Below are positions 12,458 to 26,340 of a stretch of DNA of 64,000 nucleotides, in pieces. Numbering within the stretch: position 1 is the stretch's first letter; each line of letters begins with the position of its first letter. The notes below the pieces were generated by a model. That model worked only from the letters and a program-made list of their open reading frames with translations, ran no database searches and was not told the origin of the DNA. The DNA is from Octopus vulgaris (taxonomy: Eukaryota), in the NCBI GenBank assembly GCA_951406725.2, contig OX597835.1, positions 9,920,001-9,984,000 of the forward strand, given 5' to 3'. The translations under genes and the position numbers were made by a program.

Positions 12458-13231
12458 ATAAATATTTTATATTTCAGTAGAGACCATTGTTGGTGAATGG
12501 AATAATCTAATCACAAAAACGTTTCCTTCTCAGAAAAGATTGCAATGTTTTAGATGTGGAGGAAACGAAGCAGCAAGCGATCAAATCAAGCTAATTCCTG
12601 GCTAGTTCTTATTTAACAGATCTTTTTCATCTACTTGGTTAGGACGGAGGGAAGAGTAAAACTCTTGGCCTTCGCACACCACGTTAGAGCGATGGCATTG
12701 AGAGCATTAAAGTGTCGCTTTAAAATGTTACAAGTCAACAACTATAGAAAACAATATTAGCCTTCCAGTCCAGGAATTGAACTCATGGGATGACAATTAA
12801 AAACTCAACACCCCCAACACTAGACCATGCATCTTCCATCTCATACAAAAACTAATTCATCGTCAGTTTTGTTTTCCACACGAGCCATTTTCCTTCTGAT
12901 GATATTCTATTCACTCAACTACTACGTAATACGTAGCTGTGTTTAATACTCCAAGCCGGTGGCAGACAACCTTTGGCACTGTCCAGTATTTACTCTATGA
13001 AGTGAATGGAGGATGTACGAATTAAAAAAAGGGCCGACCCGTGCCATTTTTAATTAAATTAAATGGCTTTTAGACTTTTGAATTTATGCTTTTATTTTAC
13101 AAGATTCTTCATGTGAAATCATGTGTTGAAACATAATTTTTATATTCAGGGGCGGTTATCTTTTGCCGGTTAAATGCTTTATTTATTTGGTCTTCTCTTT
13201 AGCTTTTATTATTATGAAAGGCAAAGTGCAA

Positions 13232-13680
13232 TTCCGTCGGGGTTGACTTTGCCTTTCATCCTTTCGGCGACGATAAATTAAGGCGGTGAGCTAGCAGAAT
13301 CGTTAGCACGCCGGGCGAAATGCTTAGCGGTATTTCGCCTGTCGTTACGTTGTGAGTTCAAAATCCACCGAGGTCGACTTTGCCTTTCATCCTTTCGGGG
13401 TCGATAAATTAAGTACCAGTTACGCACTGGGGTCGATGTAATCGACTTAATACCTATGTCTGTCCTTGTTTGTCCCTTCTGTGTTTAGCCCCTTGTGGGT
13501 AATAAAGAAATAGGTATTTCATCTGCCTCAACGTTCTGAGTTCAAATTCCGCCGGGATCGACTTTACTTTTCATCCATTCGGGCTCGATGCATTAAGTAC
13601 CATTGAAACACTCGGGTCGATGTAATCGAATAATCCGCTCCCCCAAATTTCAGGGCTTGTGCTTAAAGTAGAAAGGGTTA
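13232..13680 (+). mobile_element. SINE family C cluster (partial + full + partial)
   Basis: GGCGGTGAGCTAGCAGAATCG head and repeated GTCGACTTTGCCTTTCATCCTTTCGGGGTCGAT. Confidence 0.85.
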
Positions 13681-13858
13681 TTATCTCCGCCTTAGCGAAA
13701 GTGGAGGGATTGTTTTCAGTCACATTTATTTGTTTGTTTGTTTGTCTATCCATGGACAAGATATCTCGAGAACCGCTGGATGGATTCGGATGAAACGTTC
13801 AAGGATGTTTGGTCCCATGACTGGCACAAACTGATTAAATTTGGGGATCAATCAGGAG
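13678..13858 (+). mobile_element. Helentron-associated non-autonomous element (HINE-like) fragment
   Basis: TTATCTCCGCC...GTGGAGG subterminal inverted repeat, (GTTT)n tract, then GATATCTCGAGAACCGCTGGATGGATT..GATGAAAC, typical of HINE/DINE-1-like elements. Confidence 0.7.
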
Positions 13859-13914
13859 CGTGTATTTAATTGCAAAAAAATAATGACCGTCCCCAAAAAT
13901 CGCAAAACCTTTTA

Positions 13915-14260
13915 AAGACGTCTTGTTTGAGACCTCTTATTCCGTTTGGATTCGAATTCTTTGACAATGTCATCTCCCTGTTATCTTGTGGTCTTCCGAA
14001 CGAACTCTTCCTATCTCTCGAATACCACTCAAAAACTGTACAAAGCTATCTTTGAGAAAAGTGCGACATGTTCCAGCCCAGTGGAACCTTTGCTTTCGGT
14101 GTTCCGCAGTCTTGCAGTTCAATCCACCACGCCACCCTCGAGTTACTTCATTTCGGGTCTATATTCTAGCAATGATATTCTTTGCATGGATTTTTCTCCT
14201 CGGTTGTAGCTAGCCATTGTCTTCCCTTCTTCATAGCTTCCCATATCACAAGCGAGAGAA
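13915..14260 (-). mobile_element. Decayed RTE-clade LINE, C-terminal region
   Basis: Frameshifted HWAG.VA and FEWYSRDRKSSFGRPQ..DDIVKEF match the RTE pattern WAGHVAR...EWYPR..KR..GRP..RW.DDI. Confidence 0.7.
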
Positions 14261-14275
14261 GACTGTATAACGATA

Positions 14276-14664
14276 GTAGGAGCACTCCGTCGGTTACGAC
14301 GATGAGGGTCCCACCTGATACGATCAACGGAACAGCTTGCTCGTGGAATTAACGTGCAAGTGGCTGAGCATTCCACAGACACGTGTACCCTTAACGTAGT
14401 TCTCAAGGAGATTCAGCATGACACAGAGTGTGACAAGGCCGGCCCTTTGAAATACAGGTACAACAGAAACAGGAAGAAAGAGCGAGAGAAAGTTGTGGTG
14501 AAAGAGTACAGCAGGGTTCACCACCACCACCCCCTGCAGGAGCGTTCTGAAGCTTTAGGTGTTTTCGCTCAATAAACACTCACAATGCCCGGTCTGGGAA
14601 TCGAAACCGCGATCCTACGACCGCGAGTCCGCTGCCCTAACCACTGGGCCATTGCGCCTCCACA
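14276..14664 (-). mobile_element. SINE family A, full length
   Basis: TSD TGTATAACGATA at 14264-14275/14665-14676. Confidence 0.92.
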
Positions 14665-14958
14665 TGTATAACGATAACCGATCGATTGGTAAGCGTGTCT
14701 AACGGCACTGCAAGCAAACGAGATGTATCTGAACGTAGAGTGGTTTTAGACTTCTTGTTAATCAAAGAAGGAGATTAAAATGTTTAGTGGAAGACGGGAG
14801 ATGGCATTGGTCAGTTTGATCGAAAATGGCACAGTCCACTTAGTTGAACCATGTGATCATAACTTCTCTCTTTTCTCCTATCACTCGCAGACATTTTAAA
14901 ATAGAAACCGGGCATTTCTCATCTCTGAATTTATCCATTAATGAATTATGTAGATTTG

Positions 14959-15196
14959 CTCTTTACTCTTTTACTCTTTTACTTGTTTCAGTCATTTGAC
15001 TGCGGCCATGCTGGAGCACCACCTTTTAGTCGAGCAAATCGACCCCGGGTGACTTATTCTTTTGTAAGCCCAGTACTTATTCTATCGGTCTCTTTTGCCG
15101 AACCGCTAAGTGGCGGGGACGTAAACACACCAGCATCGGTTGTCAAGCAATGCTAGGGGGACAAACACAGACACACAAACACAGACACACAAACAC

Positions 15197-15255
<59 letters not shown>

Positions 15256-15404
15256 TACGACAGGCTTCTTTCAGTTTCCGTCTACCAAATCCATTCACAA
15301 GGCATTGGTCCGCCCGAAGACACTTGCCCAAGATGCCACGCAGTGGGACTGAACCCAGAACCATGTGGTTGGTTAGCAAGCTACTTACCACACAGCCACT
15401 TCCT
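14959..15404 (-). mobile_element. SINE family B
   Basis: Near-identical to 585-999 with a small internal deletion. Confidence 0.9.
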
Positions 15405-15541
15405 GGTTGTTATTTCTAGCGATTGAGGAGACCGAATAGAGGCTTTCTGTCCCTGGCACTGTCTTTTGGATGTTTTAGTTGGTTGGTAACTGCTTTGGCA
15501 AACAACAAAGGAAATGTCGTTTTCAATATAACATCACCATC

Positions 15542-15573
<32 letters not shown>

Positions 15574-15844
15574 CCAAAACAACAATAACAGCAACATTAA
15601 GAAGAACAACATTTAACTGCAGCGAGAAACAATAGATTTAGTGTTGAGAATGAGATTGGTCAGGGTGAAAAAAAACTGGTGCAAGGGAAATAGAAGAGCA
15701 ACAGTAAAAAAGATGAATCAAGGTAGAAAATGGAGTTTGTAAAACAATTAAAATCTGTGAAATAAACAAATGGAAAACAAATAAAAAAAAATACGGAAAG
15801 ACATTTAAAAAAATATTTAAAAAAAAAAAAAGAAAAGAAAAAGA

Positions 15845-15879
<35 letters not shown>

Positions 15880-15959
15880 GGGAGAGAGAGAGAGAGAGAC
15901 TGCTCACGTTCAGAGATGTAATAACGATTAAAATGGATGCGAGAAAATTGATTTTTTTC

Positions 15960-15984
15960 AAAAGGCTGACGACCGTGGCGGCGT

Positions 15985-16016
<32 letters not shown>

Positions 16017-16116
16017 GCGGTGGTGGTGGTGGTGGTGGTGGTGGTGGTGATGATGATGATGATGATGGTGAAAATGATGATGATGATGACGATGATGATG
16101 ATGATGATGGTGAAAA

Positions 16117-16150
<34 letters not shown>

Positions 16151-16186
16151 GGTGGTGGTGGTGGTTGTGGTGGTGATATTGATGAC

Positions 16187-16221
<35 letters not shown>

Positions 16222-16454
16222 TGAAGATGATGATGACGATGATGATGATGGTGGTGGTGGTGATGGTGGTGGTGGTGATGATGATGATGATGATGACGAT
16301 GATGATGGTGAAAATGATGATGATGATGATGATGATGATAGGATTGTTAATGAGGAAGAGGAGGGCGGTAGGGGGGTGGCGTTGCTGCTGATAACAACGA
16401 TGGTGATAACGAAGAAGAGAAGGATGGCAGTGTTTATAGTAATGGGGATGTTGG

Positions 16455-16486
<32 letters not shown>

Positions 16487-16660
16487 GTGTGTGTGTGGTG
16501 GTGATGGCGATGGCGATAATGATTGATGAGGAGCAGCAGGAGCAGGAGCAGGAGGTGGGGGGATTGTGGTGATGGTGTGGACGATAATGCTAGGGGGGGT
16601 TGGTGGTAGTGATGAGGATGATGAAGGGGATGATAGTGAAAGGTGGTGATGGTGAAAAAA
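15960..16660. repeat. Long compound (ATG)n/(GTG)n trinucleotide tract
   Basis: Direct inspection; follows a (GA)n tract at 15845-15899. Confidence 0.95.
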
Positions 16661-16740
16661 TTTGGTAACAAAATGGCGATTACATCCTGAAGCATTTAAG
16701 TGCAATTTCTATTTGTCTGTCTGTATGTATGCATGTATAT

Positions 16741-16830
<90 letters not shown>

Positions 16831-16856
16831 CATATATATATATATATATTATATAT

Positions 16857-16891
<35 letters not shown>

Positions 16892-16893
16892 CT

Positions 16894-17012
<119 letters not shown>

Positions 17013-17041
17013 TTATATATACATATATATATATATGCATA

Positions 17042-17323
17042 TGTGGAGGCGCAATGGCCCAGTGGTTAGGGCAGCGAACTCACGGTCGGAGGATCGCGGT
17101 TTCGATTCCCAGACCGGGCGTTGTGAGTGTTTATTGAGCGAAAACACCTAAAGTTCTACGATGCTCCGGCAGCTGGTGGGTGGCGACCCCTGTTGTACTC
17201 TTTCGCCGGAACTTTCTCTCACTCGGGCTGGAGTCATTTGAAAGCTAAAACAATGCGAAGCGCATTGTAACCAGCAATGTGTAGCAACATCTGATAGTCT
17301 AGTCGATCACGGGATCACGTGAT
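17042..17323 (+). mobile_element. SINE head1 + alternative tail E
   Basis: Family A head, but the 3' part is GTCATTTGAAAGCTAAAACAATGCGAAGCGCATTG...GGGATCACGTGAT; sister copy at 24311-24623. Confidence 0.88.
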
Positions 17324-17356
17324 ATACGTATGTATGTATGTGATTTGGCTTCACAT

Positions 17357-17688
17357 GTGAGACATTTTGCTCAGTGGTTAGGGCACCGGGCTCATAATCA
17401 TGAGGTAGTGAGTTCGATTCGGGCCGGGCTGTGATGTGTTCTTAAGCAAGACACTTTATTTCACGTTGCTCCAGTTCACTCAGCAGTAGAAATGAATTGC
17501 GACGTCACAGGTGCCAAGCTACATCGACCCTTGGCTTTTCCCTTGGATAACATCAGTGGCGTGGAGAGGAGAGGCTGGTATGCATGGGTGACTGTTTGTC
17601 TTCCTTAAAACATCTTTGTCCGGAGATGAGCCTCTTTCTAGGTGCAATCCCATGGTCATTCATGACCGAAAGGGCTCTTGACCTCTTT
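17357..17688 (+). mobile_element. SINE family D (tRNA head + CORE-like segment + RTE-like body)
   Basis: GCTCAGTGGTTAG and GAGTTCGATTC boxes; TTAAGCAAGACACTTT CORE-like segment; sister copy at 50794-51105. Confidence 0.8.
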
Positions 17689-18451
17689 ATGTATATATCT
17701 GTGTGTAAGTATGTATATATGCATGCATGTATTTATATATCTGTGTAATTATGTATATATATACCAAACGAATACATTTGAAAAGCGGTCTGACCGTGAC
17801 CCTTCCATTTTTCTAGCATGTACTACCTAATTTGTCCTTCCATTTTTTAAGGAAGTGATATGAGGAATATTTACTTCTATTTCTTGCTGAGTCCAAGTGA
17901 TCACATGTAATATTTAGGATTAGGTTCGTTCATAGATCGATATATATGCACAGTTATTGATCTATCTTCCTATCGCTATAAAATGTATGGAGAAGAAGGA
18001 AAGGAATATTCAATAATCCGAAACGGACATTTCATGAATAAAGCCACTTTTTGTATAGGAGGAAGTTTGAATCCCAACGACATGCTTCCGGTTTCAAGTT
18101 CCGCTGGTGATGGTGTACGTGTATTCGGTAGAGGGAAACTGAGAGAAGCCTATTGTGTATATGCATGTCTGTGTGTACGCATAACTGTATATATGCATGT
18201 GTCTATGTATATGTATGTGTGCCTGGGTGTATATTTTCATTTGGGTTTTTCTCTCAACACGGCTTCACAACCAGTGTTGGTTTATTCTTTTATTTGTTTC
18301 AGTCATTTGACTGCGCCTATGCTGGAGCACCACCTTTAGTCGAACAAGTTTACCCAAGGACTTATTTGATTGTGAACCTAGAACTTATGCTATCGTTCTC
18401 TTTGGCCGAACCGCTAGTTACGGGGACGAAAACACACAAATATCGGTTATA

Positions 18452-18641
18452 TATATAGGGAGAATTCACGAAAGAAACAAAACACGAAGGCACGTTGTGT
18501 AGAAAACAAACAGATGTATTAGTATAACGCTCGAGAATTGAAAAAGTCTTTAACGTTTCGAGCCTAAGCTCTTCCACAGAAAGGAACACAGAAAGAAACG
18601 AGAGAAAAAAATGTGCGTAGTGGCTACCGATCTATCATGGC
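18452..18641 (-). mobile_element. pLTR-like element with degenerate minimal hammerhead (18548-18583)
   Basis: cttt-CTGTGGA-a-gagc ttag gctc-GAAA-cg-TT-aaag; related partial copy at 29205-29296. Confidence 0.55.
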
Positions 18642-18658
18642 ATGTATGTATATATACA

Positions 18659-18701
<43 letters not shown>

Positions 18702-19160
18702 TGTATGTATGTATGTTTGTATGTATGTATGTATATATGTATATATATAAATGTACATATGTATATATATATTCATATGGATATATACCGATCTATCATG
18801 GCATGTATGCATATATACATGTACATATATATATATTATATGCATGTATGTATGTATGTATGTATGTGTGTATGTATATATGTATATATATAAATGTACA
18901 TATGTATATATATATATTCATATGGATATATACCGATCTATCATGGCATGTATGTATATATACATGTACATATATATATATATTATATGTATGTATGTAT
19001 GTGTGTATGTATATATGTATATATATATAAATGTACATATGTATATATATATATTCATATGGATATATACCGATCTATCATGGCATGTATGTATATATAC
19101 ATGTACATATATATATATATATTATATGTATGTATGTGTGTGTGTATGTATGTATATATG

Positions 19161-19191
<31 letters not shown>

Positions 19192-19202
19192 ATATATATA
19201 TG

Positions 19203-19233
<31 letters not shown>

Positions 19234-19240
19234 ATACACA
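18625..19240. repeat. Tandem repeat of ~140-160 bp (four copies of TACCGATCTATCATGGC plus microsatellite)
   Basis: Anchor motif at about 18625, 18786, 18931 and 19068. Confidence 0.85.
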
Positions 19241-19508
19241 AAGGATGATTGGAAGAAAAAAGTGCATCTAGCATCGTAGTATAAAAGTTAGAAAGAAAGA
19301 ACAGAAGCAGATTATCTGTGTGAATCTTTGCTGCGGGTTAAATATGTCGTCCAATGCAACTGCAAACCTCCAACATTATAGATTCAAACATTTTTCCCTA
19401 CAGCCATATTTATCAGAAACTGTTCAATAAAAAAAAAAACACTTGTTTTTCAGAAAAAACCAGTTATAGCCAAACTTTTGCTAACACCAAGACATCATGT
19501 ATAATACA

Positions 19509-20314
19509 GTAGCAGTATCGCCCGGCGTTGCTCGGGTTTGTAAGGGAAATAACTATATAAGCATTTTTAGAGAGTTACTTCCCTTATATAATAGCAAAAA
19601 AATGCATTAAAAATGGGAAAAAATGATGGTAATTGTTTCTTTTAATCGTAGACGCGCGCTAATACCCAGAAGGGCTCGATATGAATCACGACTATAAGAT
19701 ACCCGGTTTTGGTTAAACTGCACCGCAAAATGTGGGAGTAGTTAGGAATCTAAATCGTAGGAGACAGACACTCACACAACTTCACTTTTATATATAAAGA
19801 CTAGCAGTATCGCCCGGCGTTGCTCGGGTTTGTAAGGGAAATAACTATATAAGCATTTTTAGAGAGTTACTTCCCTTATAGATGCCAATTCGGGCTTTCT
19901 TAGCCATTTCTGTTTTGGTGTCTTCAAGGCATGAAGTCGTTGTTCTAAAAGAACGCTGGTCTCCTTGACAACGCTTTACGACGTTGATTTCCTTACACTC
20001 CCTTCCCCACAGCTTCACAAGGGAGGGAAGAAGGGGGAGAAGCAAACAGATGCAGGTGTGACCATGGACGCCAACTCCGCCGCCATCGACACACGAAAAA
20101 TTATGCATTAAAATGGAATAAAAAAATGATGTTAAATTATTTTTTAAATCGTAGACTCATCGTAGACGCGCGCTAATACTCAGACGGGCTCGATATGAAT
20201 CACGACTATAAGATACCCGGTTTTGGTTAAACTGCACCGCAAAATGTGGGAGTAGTTAGGAATCTAAATCGTAGGAGACAGACACTCACACAACTTCACT
20301 TTTATATATAAAGA
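19509..20314 (-). mobile_element. Non-autonomous Helitron, head-to-tail dimer
   Basis: Minus strand: A|TC start at 20314; hairpin CCCGAGCAACGCCGGG then CTAG at 19801; second TC at 19800; second end CTAC|T at 19509; no TSD. Confidence 0.82.
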
Positions 20315-21504
20315 TAAGTCACATTTATGCGTGCATTCACAATGCATGTATGTACGTATGTATACGTATTATTTTACAGCTTGGAATTTTTTGCAGTGAG
20401 ATTGATTGGATAATGACGCCGCTAAGTTGAATTTGAATGTTTCCTTGTAGTTGTTTGTCGATGTGATAATGGAGTTAATGGCGAAAATGGATGGTAATGT
20501 TGGTAACGGCGATGTTGTTTATAGTAAACTTAAAGAGAAAAGGACAGAAGCAACCGTGGTAAGTCATAAACCCGGAAGGTTTCTGAGTAAAGTACCAAAG
20601 CTGACTTTCACTGCACTGAAGTCATTACAGAATATAATTTCGCTAAAGTCATTATAGAATATAATGTCGATAAATTTCCTTGGCAGGAAATTATTTGTTT
20701 TACGCTGAGAGCATCTTTACTATCAACTTCGTTTTTATTTCGTTTTTGTTTTCTTTTTTTGTGTGTATGTTTAGTGGAATAAAATGTGTACCATTAAAAA
20801 CTATTTAATAAATCTATTTTTCACTTTAGGATATCTTGTTTTGTAGAAGCCAAAAACCTCAAAATATGTATTTAGTCGTTTAACCATTTTATTAAAAATT
20901 CCTCTAAATGTTTTCAATGTTTTTTTTTTAAAATAACCGTTTTTCTGGATTTTATGTTTTTATAATCAGAGATTCAGAATATGAAATTTAAAAAATAAGA
21001 AAAAAAATAATTTTAATCCAATGATTTATAAAAATATTTTTTAATATAATCCCATGGATACAGAGAACGAATAACTTTAAAAGGTGTATTAGCTTTAAAA
21101 ATAATCATAGCAATGTGTATGTATTTAGAATGGTCCTTGCTTCAATAGACTTACGAGCAAAAGGTGACTATAAATGCAGAGAAAATATATTTATGCTCTT
21201 CAAACATAAATCAAACGCAATATATTTCTATAGAAAAAAGAATTACTTTTTCTGTTCGAAATCGAAAATATATAAAAAAAAATGGAATGTAGCATTGTAA
21301 ATTCCTTAATCATAATAAGTTCCTGATCCTAAAAGAACTTCTTTTTCAGATTCTTAATCTCTGGTATTTAAAACACAAGATTCCAAAGACCATTTGGTTC
21401 TTTTCTAAAACGGATGATATAAGTAAATTGGTTAAAACATCCAAGTTAACAGAAGCAAATGTCACACTGGGTGGCATTCGAATTAAAGAACTTCAACTAC
21501 AATA

Positions 21505-21726
21505 TAATTATTTCTAATGTTGGAACAAGCACAAGAGTTTTCAGGCGAGGAGTTAGTCAATTACAGAGACTCAGGTACTTAACTAGTACTTAACTTTATC
21601 GATCCCGAAAGGATGAAGAGTAAAGTCCACCTCGGTGGCATTTGAACTCAGAATGTAAAGAGCTGAGAAAAATACCGCTGAACATTTTGTCCGACGCACT
21701 AGCGATCCAGTTATCTCACCGCCTTG
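21505..21726 (-). mobile_element. SINE family C, diverged
   Basis: ATCGATCCCGAAAGGATGAA...TTTGAACTCAGAA motifs. Confidence 0.75.
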
Positions 21727-22444
21727 TGAGCTGCATTATAATAATTTCATAAATGTAATGGTAGTTGTCCCTTGTAGACCGAGAAAGATGGTTCTGCAAT
21801 TGATTGCTAAACACAGATAATTCGTTTATAGTAATCATATATGTATCTGCTGTACATTTAGCTCACTCCTTTCATCAATACAACGCTACTTGTACAGGTA
21901 CACGGTATACCATACGTCAGGTGTCGAGATAATTGCAGAACAACGTGAGATGAAGGGTTTTGCTCAAGAACACAACATACCACTTGCTCCAGTATTTAGA
22001 ACTACGACCCAGCCTTGGTCACTCGGCCATGCACCCTCTTCATACATGTATCTCAAGATTAATTTACATCCTCAATGTATGGTATTTGTCAAATGAAGAT
22101 TAACGGTTATGTGATACGTGAAATTTCCACACGAGTTCCTCCTGTTTATCTTCGTTGCTATCAACTATTTTACATGATAAAATATTAATAATTAATTAAT
22201 TAGTTGGCTCCAAACCAAATAATTACTTATTCGATTTATTAATTAAAATTATTTAATAAGTTTACCCGCTGTTGATTGGGTATTGTTTACATTTATTAGT
22301 TTATTAATGTGTTTTTTTTTTTGTAAACCTATTTCGTTTCAGATTATCCTGGTATCTGCGACAAAATATTTTTTAAGATTCTTCCATTTGTGCTCTGGGT
22401 GAGACAGCTTCGGAATTGCCATGTGCTATTGGTTCCTCCACTTC

Positions 22445-22853
22445 TTATTTCTTTATTACCCACAAGGGGCTAAACATGGAGTGGACAAACAAGGACAGAC
22501 AAACGGATTAAGTCGATTACATCGACCCCAGTGCGTAACTGGTACTTATTTAATTGACCCCGAAAGGATGAAATGCAAAGTTGACCTCGGCGGAATTTGA
22601 ACTCAGAACGTAACGGCAGACGAAATACCTATTTCTTTGTTACCCACAAGGGGCTAAACACAGAGGGGACAAACAAGGACAGACAAACGGATTAAGTCGA
22701 TTACATCGACCTCAGTGCGTAACTGGTACTTATTTAATCGACCCCGAAAGGATGAAATGCAAAGTTGACCTCGGCGGAATTTGAACTCAGAACGTAACGG
22801 CAGACGAAATACCGCGAAGCATCTCGCCCGGCGTGCTAACGTTTCTCTCAGCT
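22445..22853 (-). mobile_element. SINE family C, tandem dimer
   Basis: Two ~184-bp units; only one carries the tRNA-like head. Confidence 0.88.
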
Positions 22854-23019
22854 CCCCTTCTTCCTCTTCTAATTTCAAATCTACAACGTTAGCAGCTTTA
22901 CCTCAGCTGCCAACCATTTTCAATATTCTTCTCGTATATCGTCTAGCGTGCTTGCAAGAATTTAATATTACAAACCTCTAATTTGTGAACAAAATTTTTA
23001 GCACTTCTTTACAAAAATC

Positions 23020-24120
23020 TGGGGTTTTTTTTCGAAAACAAAAAATACTTCTGAACTGCTTTCTCTGGGACTTGCTGCTATAGTATTGCTAGCAGATATA
23101 AATGCCTCAAGAAATGAAATCTGTTCTGAAATTACATTTGCATTAAATTCTCTTTGAATTTGTTTAATATTTTTGAAAAATATTTCTCTTCGATTAATAA
23201 GCTTTTAAATCTGGTATGACGTCTTAGTCACGTGACTGATTTAATTATGTATTGTTCGAAAGCAGGAAAATTAGTTTGATGTTACTGAATGGCAAATCAT
23301 TTCTGTGTGCCGTAAATTGTCAACTAACATGACAAGTATTGCTTTAATTCTAAATCTCATTGAAATATGCAGTTATTAAAAAGTCATAAACGCATTATAT
23401 AAAACGTTAATGAACAAACAAACTCTAAACACCCGTAAAACACCAAGGACTTTTTTTTTTCAAACTTGTTTTTGCAAACATCAGATGCTCTGTTTTTGTC
23501 GTTTCATATTACCGTAAAACAATGCTGTCATCTCCTTCTGTTCAAATTTTAAGTCCTTTGAAATGTTCATTTTTAAAATGAAATGTATATTCGTGCATGG
23601 CACGAAAATAAAGCGTTTCTCTTTTCGTTGTAAACAATTTCGGGAAATAGATTATTTTGCATTAATTTAGGGCCATTTTACATTTATCCGCAGTTCAGCA
23701 CTTTATCACCATGGACGGGATTCAATACAGTTTACTCTCGCATTTTCTACCTCTTTAAACTCTTCCTCTTCCGTTGGTGCAAAATGTTTCCTTCGCCCTT
23801 TTGCTTTGTAAAATCTTCTGCTTTATGTTGCATCATCAGTTTTTCCATAAAATGATTCTTTCTCTTCACAATTATTGATAAACCAAATTTTCATTCTGAA
23901 TACTTTTACTCGACCGCACTCTTCAATAATGACATTGTCAGTCATATCTACTGATTTTTCAGTGCAAAATATTGGCTGAAAACTTTTCAATGAATTGCTG
24001 TTATAGTTGGCGTGTGTGGGGACAACTTAAAGCATTCCAAAACCTTTTAGTTCTCTTTGTAGACAAAAGTTTAGGCGTCTTATTTTCTTTCATCTAATTC
24101 AGCAGCGTCTTATAGAGTAT
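23020..24120 (-). pseudogene. Decayed Tigger/pogo-family DDE transposase
   Basis: Frameshifted motifs in order: MQHKAEDF, VHGD, IVYNE, YFRAM..T...KNE, PWCFTGV (cf. PRCFKGV), AFMT, MLVDN, IKLIFL..N.T...Q..D..VI..LKAY. Confidence 0.78.
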
Positions 24121-24310
24121 ATGCATTATATATGCGTGTATTGGTGGGTGTATGCATGTATGTATGTATGCATGTACGTACGTATGTATACCAGCGCTAT
24201 TAAAAACCCTTCAAATCTATAAGCGACAGTCGTTTCTCTTCTCATTAAACATTAATATACATACATGCTTACATATACACATATATGCGTATATATGTGT
24301 GTGCGGAGGG

Positions 24311-24623
24311 GTGTGGAGGCGCAATGGCCCAGTGGTTAGGGCAGTGGACTCGCGGTCGTAGGATCGCGGTTTCGATTTCCAGACCGGGCGTTGTGAGTGT
24401 TTATTGAGCGAAAACATTTAAAGCTCCTCGAAGTTCTGGCAGGGGGTGGTGGCGATCCCTGCTGTACACTTTCGCCGCAACTTTCTCTCACTCTTTCTTC
24501 TGTTGGCCTGCTCGCTTAGCCAACGGGGTGGCGTCATTTGAAGGATAAAACAATGCGAAGCGCATTGTGACCAGCGATGTGTAGCAACATCTGATAACCT
24601 GGTGGGTCACGGGATCACGTGAT
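24311..24623 (+). mobile_element. SINE head1 + tail E
   Basis: Homologous to 17042-17323. Confidence 0.88.
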
Positions 24624-24736
24624 ATATATATATATATATATTGATAGTTAGATAGATATATCTGTATGTATATGTATATATACATACATATATATATATA
24701 TACACAAACATATATATATATACCTATGTGTATATA

Positions 24737-24774
<38 letters not shown>

Positions 24775-24815
24775 CAAAAATATATATATACCTACCAACA
24801 TACATACACACATAC

Positions 24816-24854
<39 letters not shown>

Positions 24855-25954
24855 TGCGTGTATGTGTGGTATCTCATATACTTCCAGTCTTGTTTATCTG
24901 TCACATCTGATAAAATATTTTCAAGTTGGTTTGTCCTCGTTTCTTCATTTTATTCAATTTATTTTTCCATTAATTTTCTTAAAATCTTTGTTTCTTTAAT
25001 TTTTGTTCTTTTATTTTTCTTCAATTTGAAACTCTAGCAAATTTTTTCGATCTTTTATTTTTGTATTTTAGTTTTCTTGATTCTTTGTTCTTTTCTTTGT
25101 TTTTCATTGTTTAATTTTTTTTTTCTTTTTACCCATTTATTTTAATTCCTTTTTATTTGCGTTTTTTTTATTGTTTACTAAAACTTCATGAAAATACGCT
25201 CACAACGATCGCACCTTCTAACGAAACACTGAATATCCATTATAGAAATGCAAATTACTTCCTTTAATAAACTTAATGAATTTAATTGTCTTGCTGTGGG
25301 CCGTGAAATTGGAAGAATTTGTATAACTGAATCAAGATTTCATTCGTGAGATATTTTACTGTGTTTGTTTTTTCTTCAATTTTTATCATTAAATGTATCG
25401 ACAAGATTGTTAAATGTTTGCACTCGATTTCCCTAACCCATCATCATCATATTGGAAGTAGGGCTCATCCCTGGCAAAAGATCCGAACAGCGTGAAAAAA
25501 GTACAGCTAGGATGAAGCTATCTTACAGGAGAAACAGTTCGTGTCTCCGTGTAGATTTTTCGGGATAGATTTGTAGTGTAGATTTGTCTCCGTGTAGATT
25601 TGTCCAGCAGAATGAAACTCCGCTGTTCACCGGTCTTCCATACGTAAGTTAGCTAACCGAGAGATGAGCTCCATCTGGCGGAGATTCTTGAATTTCAGAA
25701 ACTTTGTGAAAACCAAAACTACGATGACTCGATATGGGGAACCTCTTTGTGATCGATTGATCAGCTACTGAATCGACACACGAATCCACGTCAAATGACA
25801 CACTGAACGATATACTCTCAGGTAGACAATGTTCGACTAATTAGGATGGATGGCTGGTTTGGTGCTAAACGACAACGAAAACCTCGATGGTTATTTGATT
25901 CTTAATTCTGGCGTACGAAGGAATTCCATTCCTTATTTAAATATTGTCTTTGAT

Positions 25955-26340
25955 GGGAGGCGCAATGGCCCAGTGGTTAGGGCAGCGGCCTCGCGGTCAT
26001 AGGATCGCAGTTTCGATTCCCAGACCGGGCGTTGTGAGTGTTTATTGAGCGAAAACACCTAAAGCTCCACGAGGCTCCGGCAGGGGATGGTGGTGATCCC
26101 TGCTGTACTCTTTCACCACAACTTTCTCTGACTCTGACTTCCTGTTTCTGTTGTATCTGTATTTCAAAGGGCCAGCCTTGTCACTCTCTGTGTCACCCTG
26201 AATATCCCCGAGAACTACGTTAAGGGTACACGTGTCTGTGGAGTGCTCAGTCACTTACACGTTAATTTCACGAGCAGGCTGTTCCGTTGATCGGATCAAC
26301 CGGAACCCTCGTCGTCGTAACCGACGGAGTGCTTCCATCC
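25955..26340 (+). mobile_element. SINE family A, full length
   Basis: TSD ATTGTCTTTGAT at 25943-25954/26341-26352. Confidence 0.92.
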
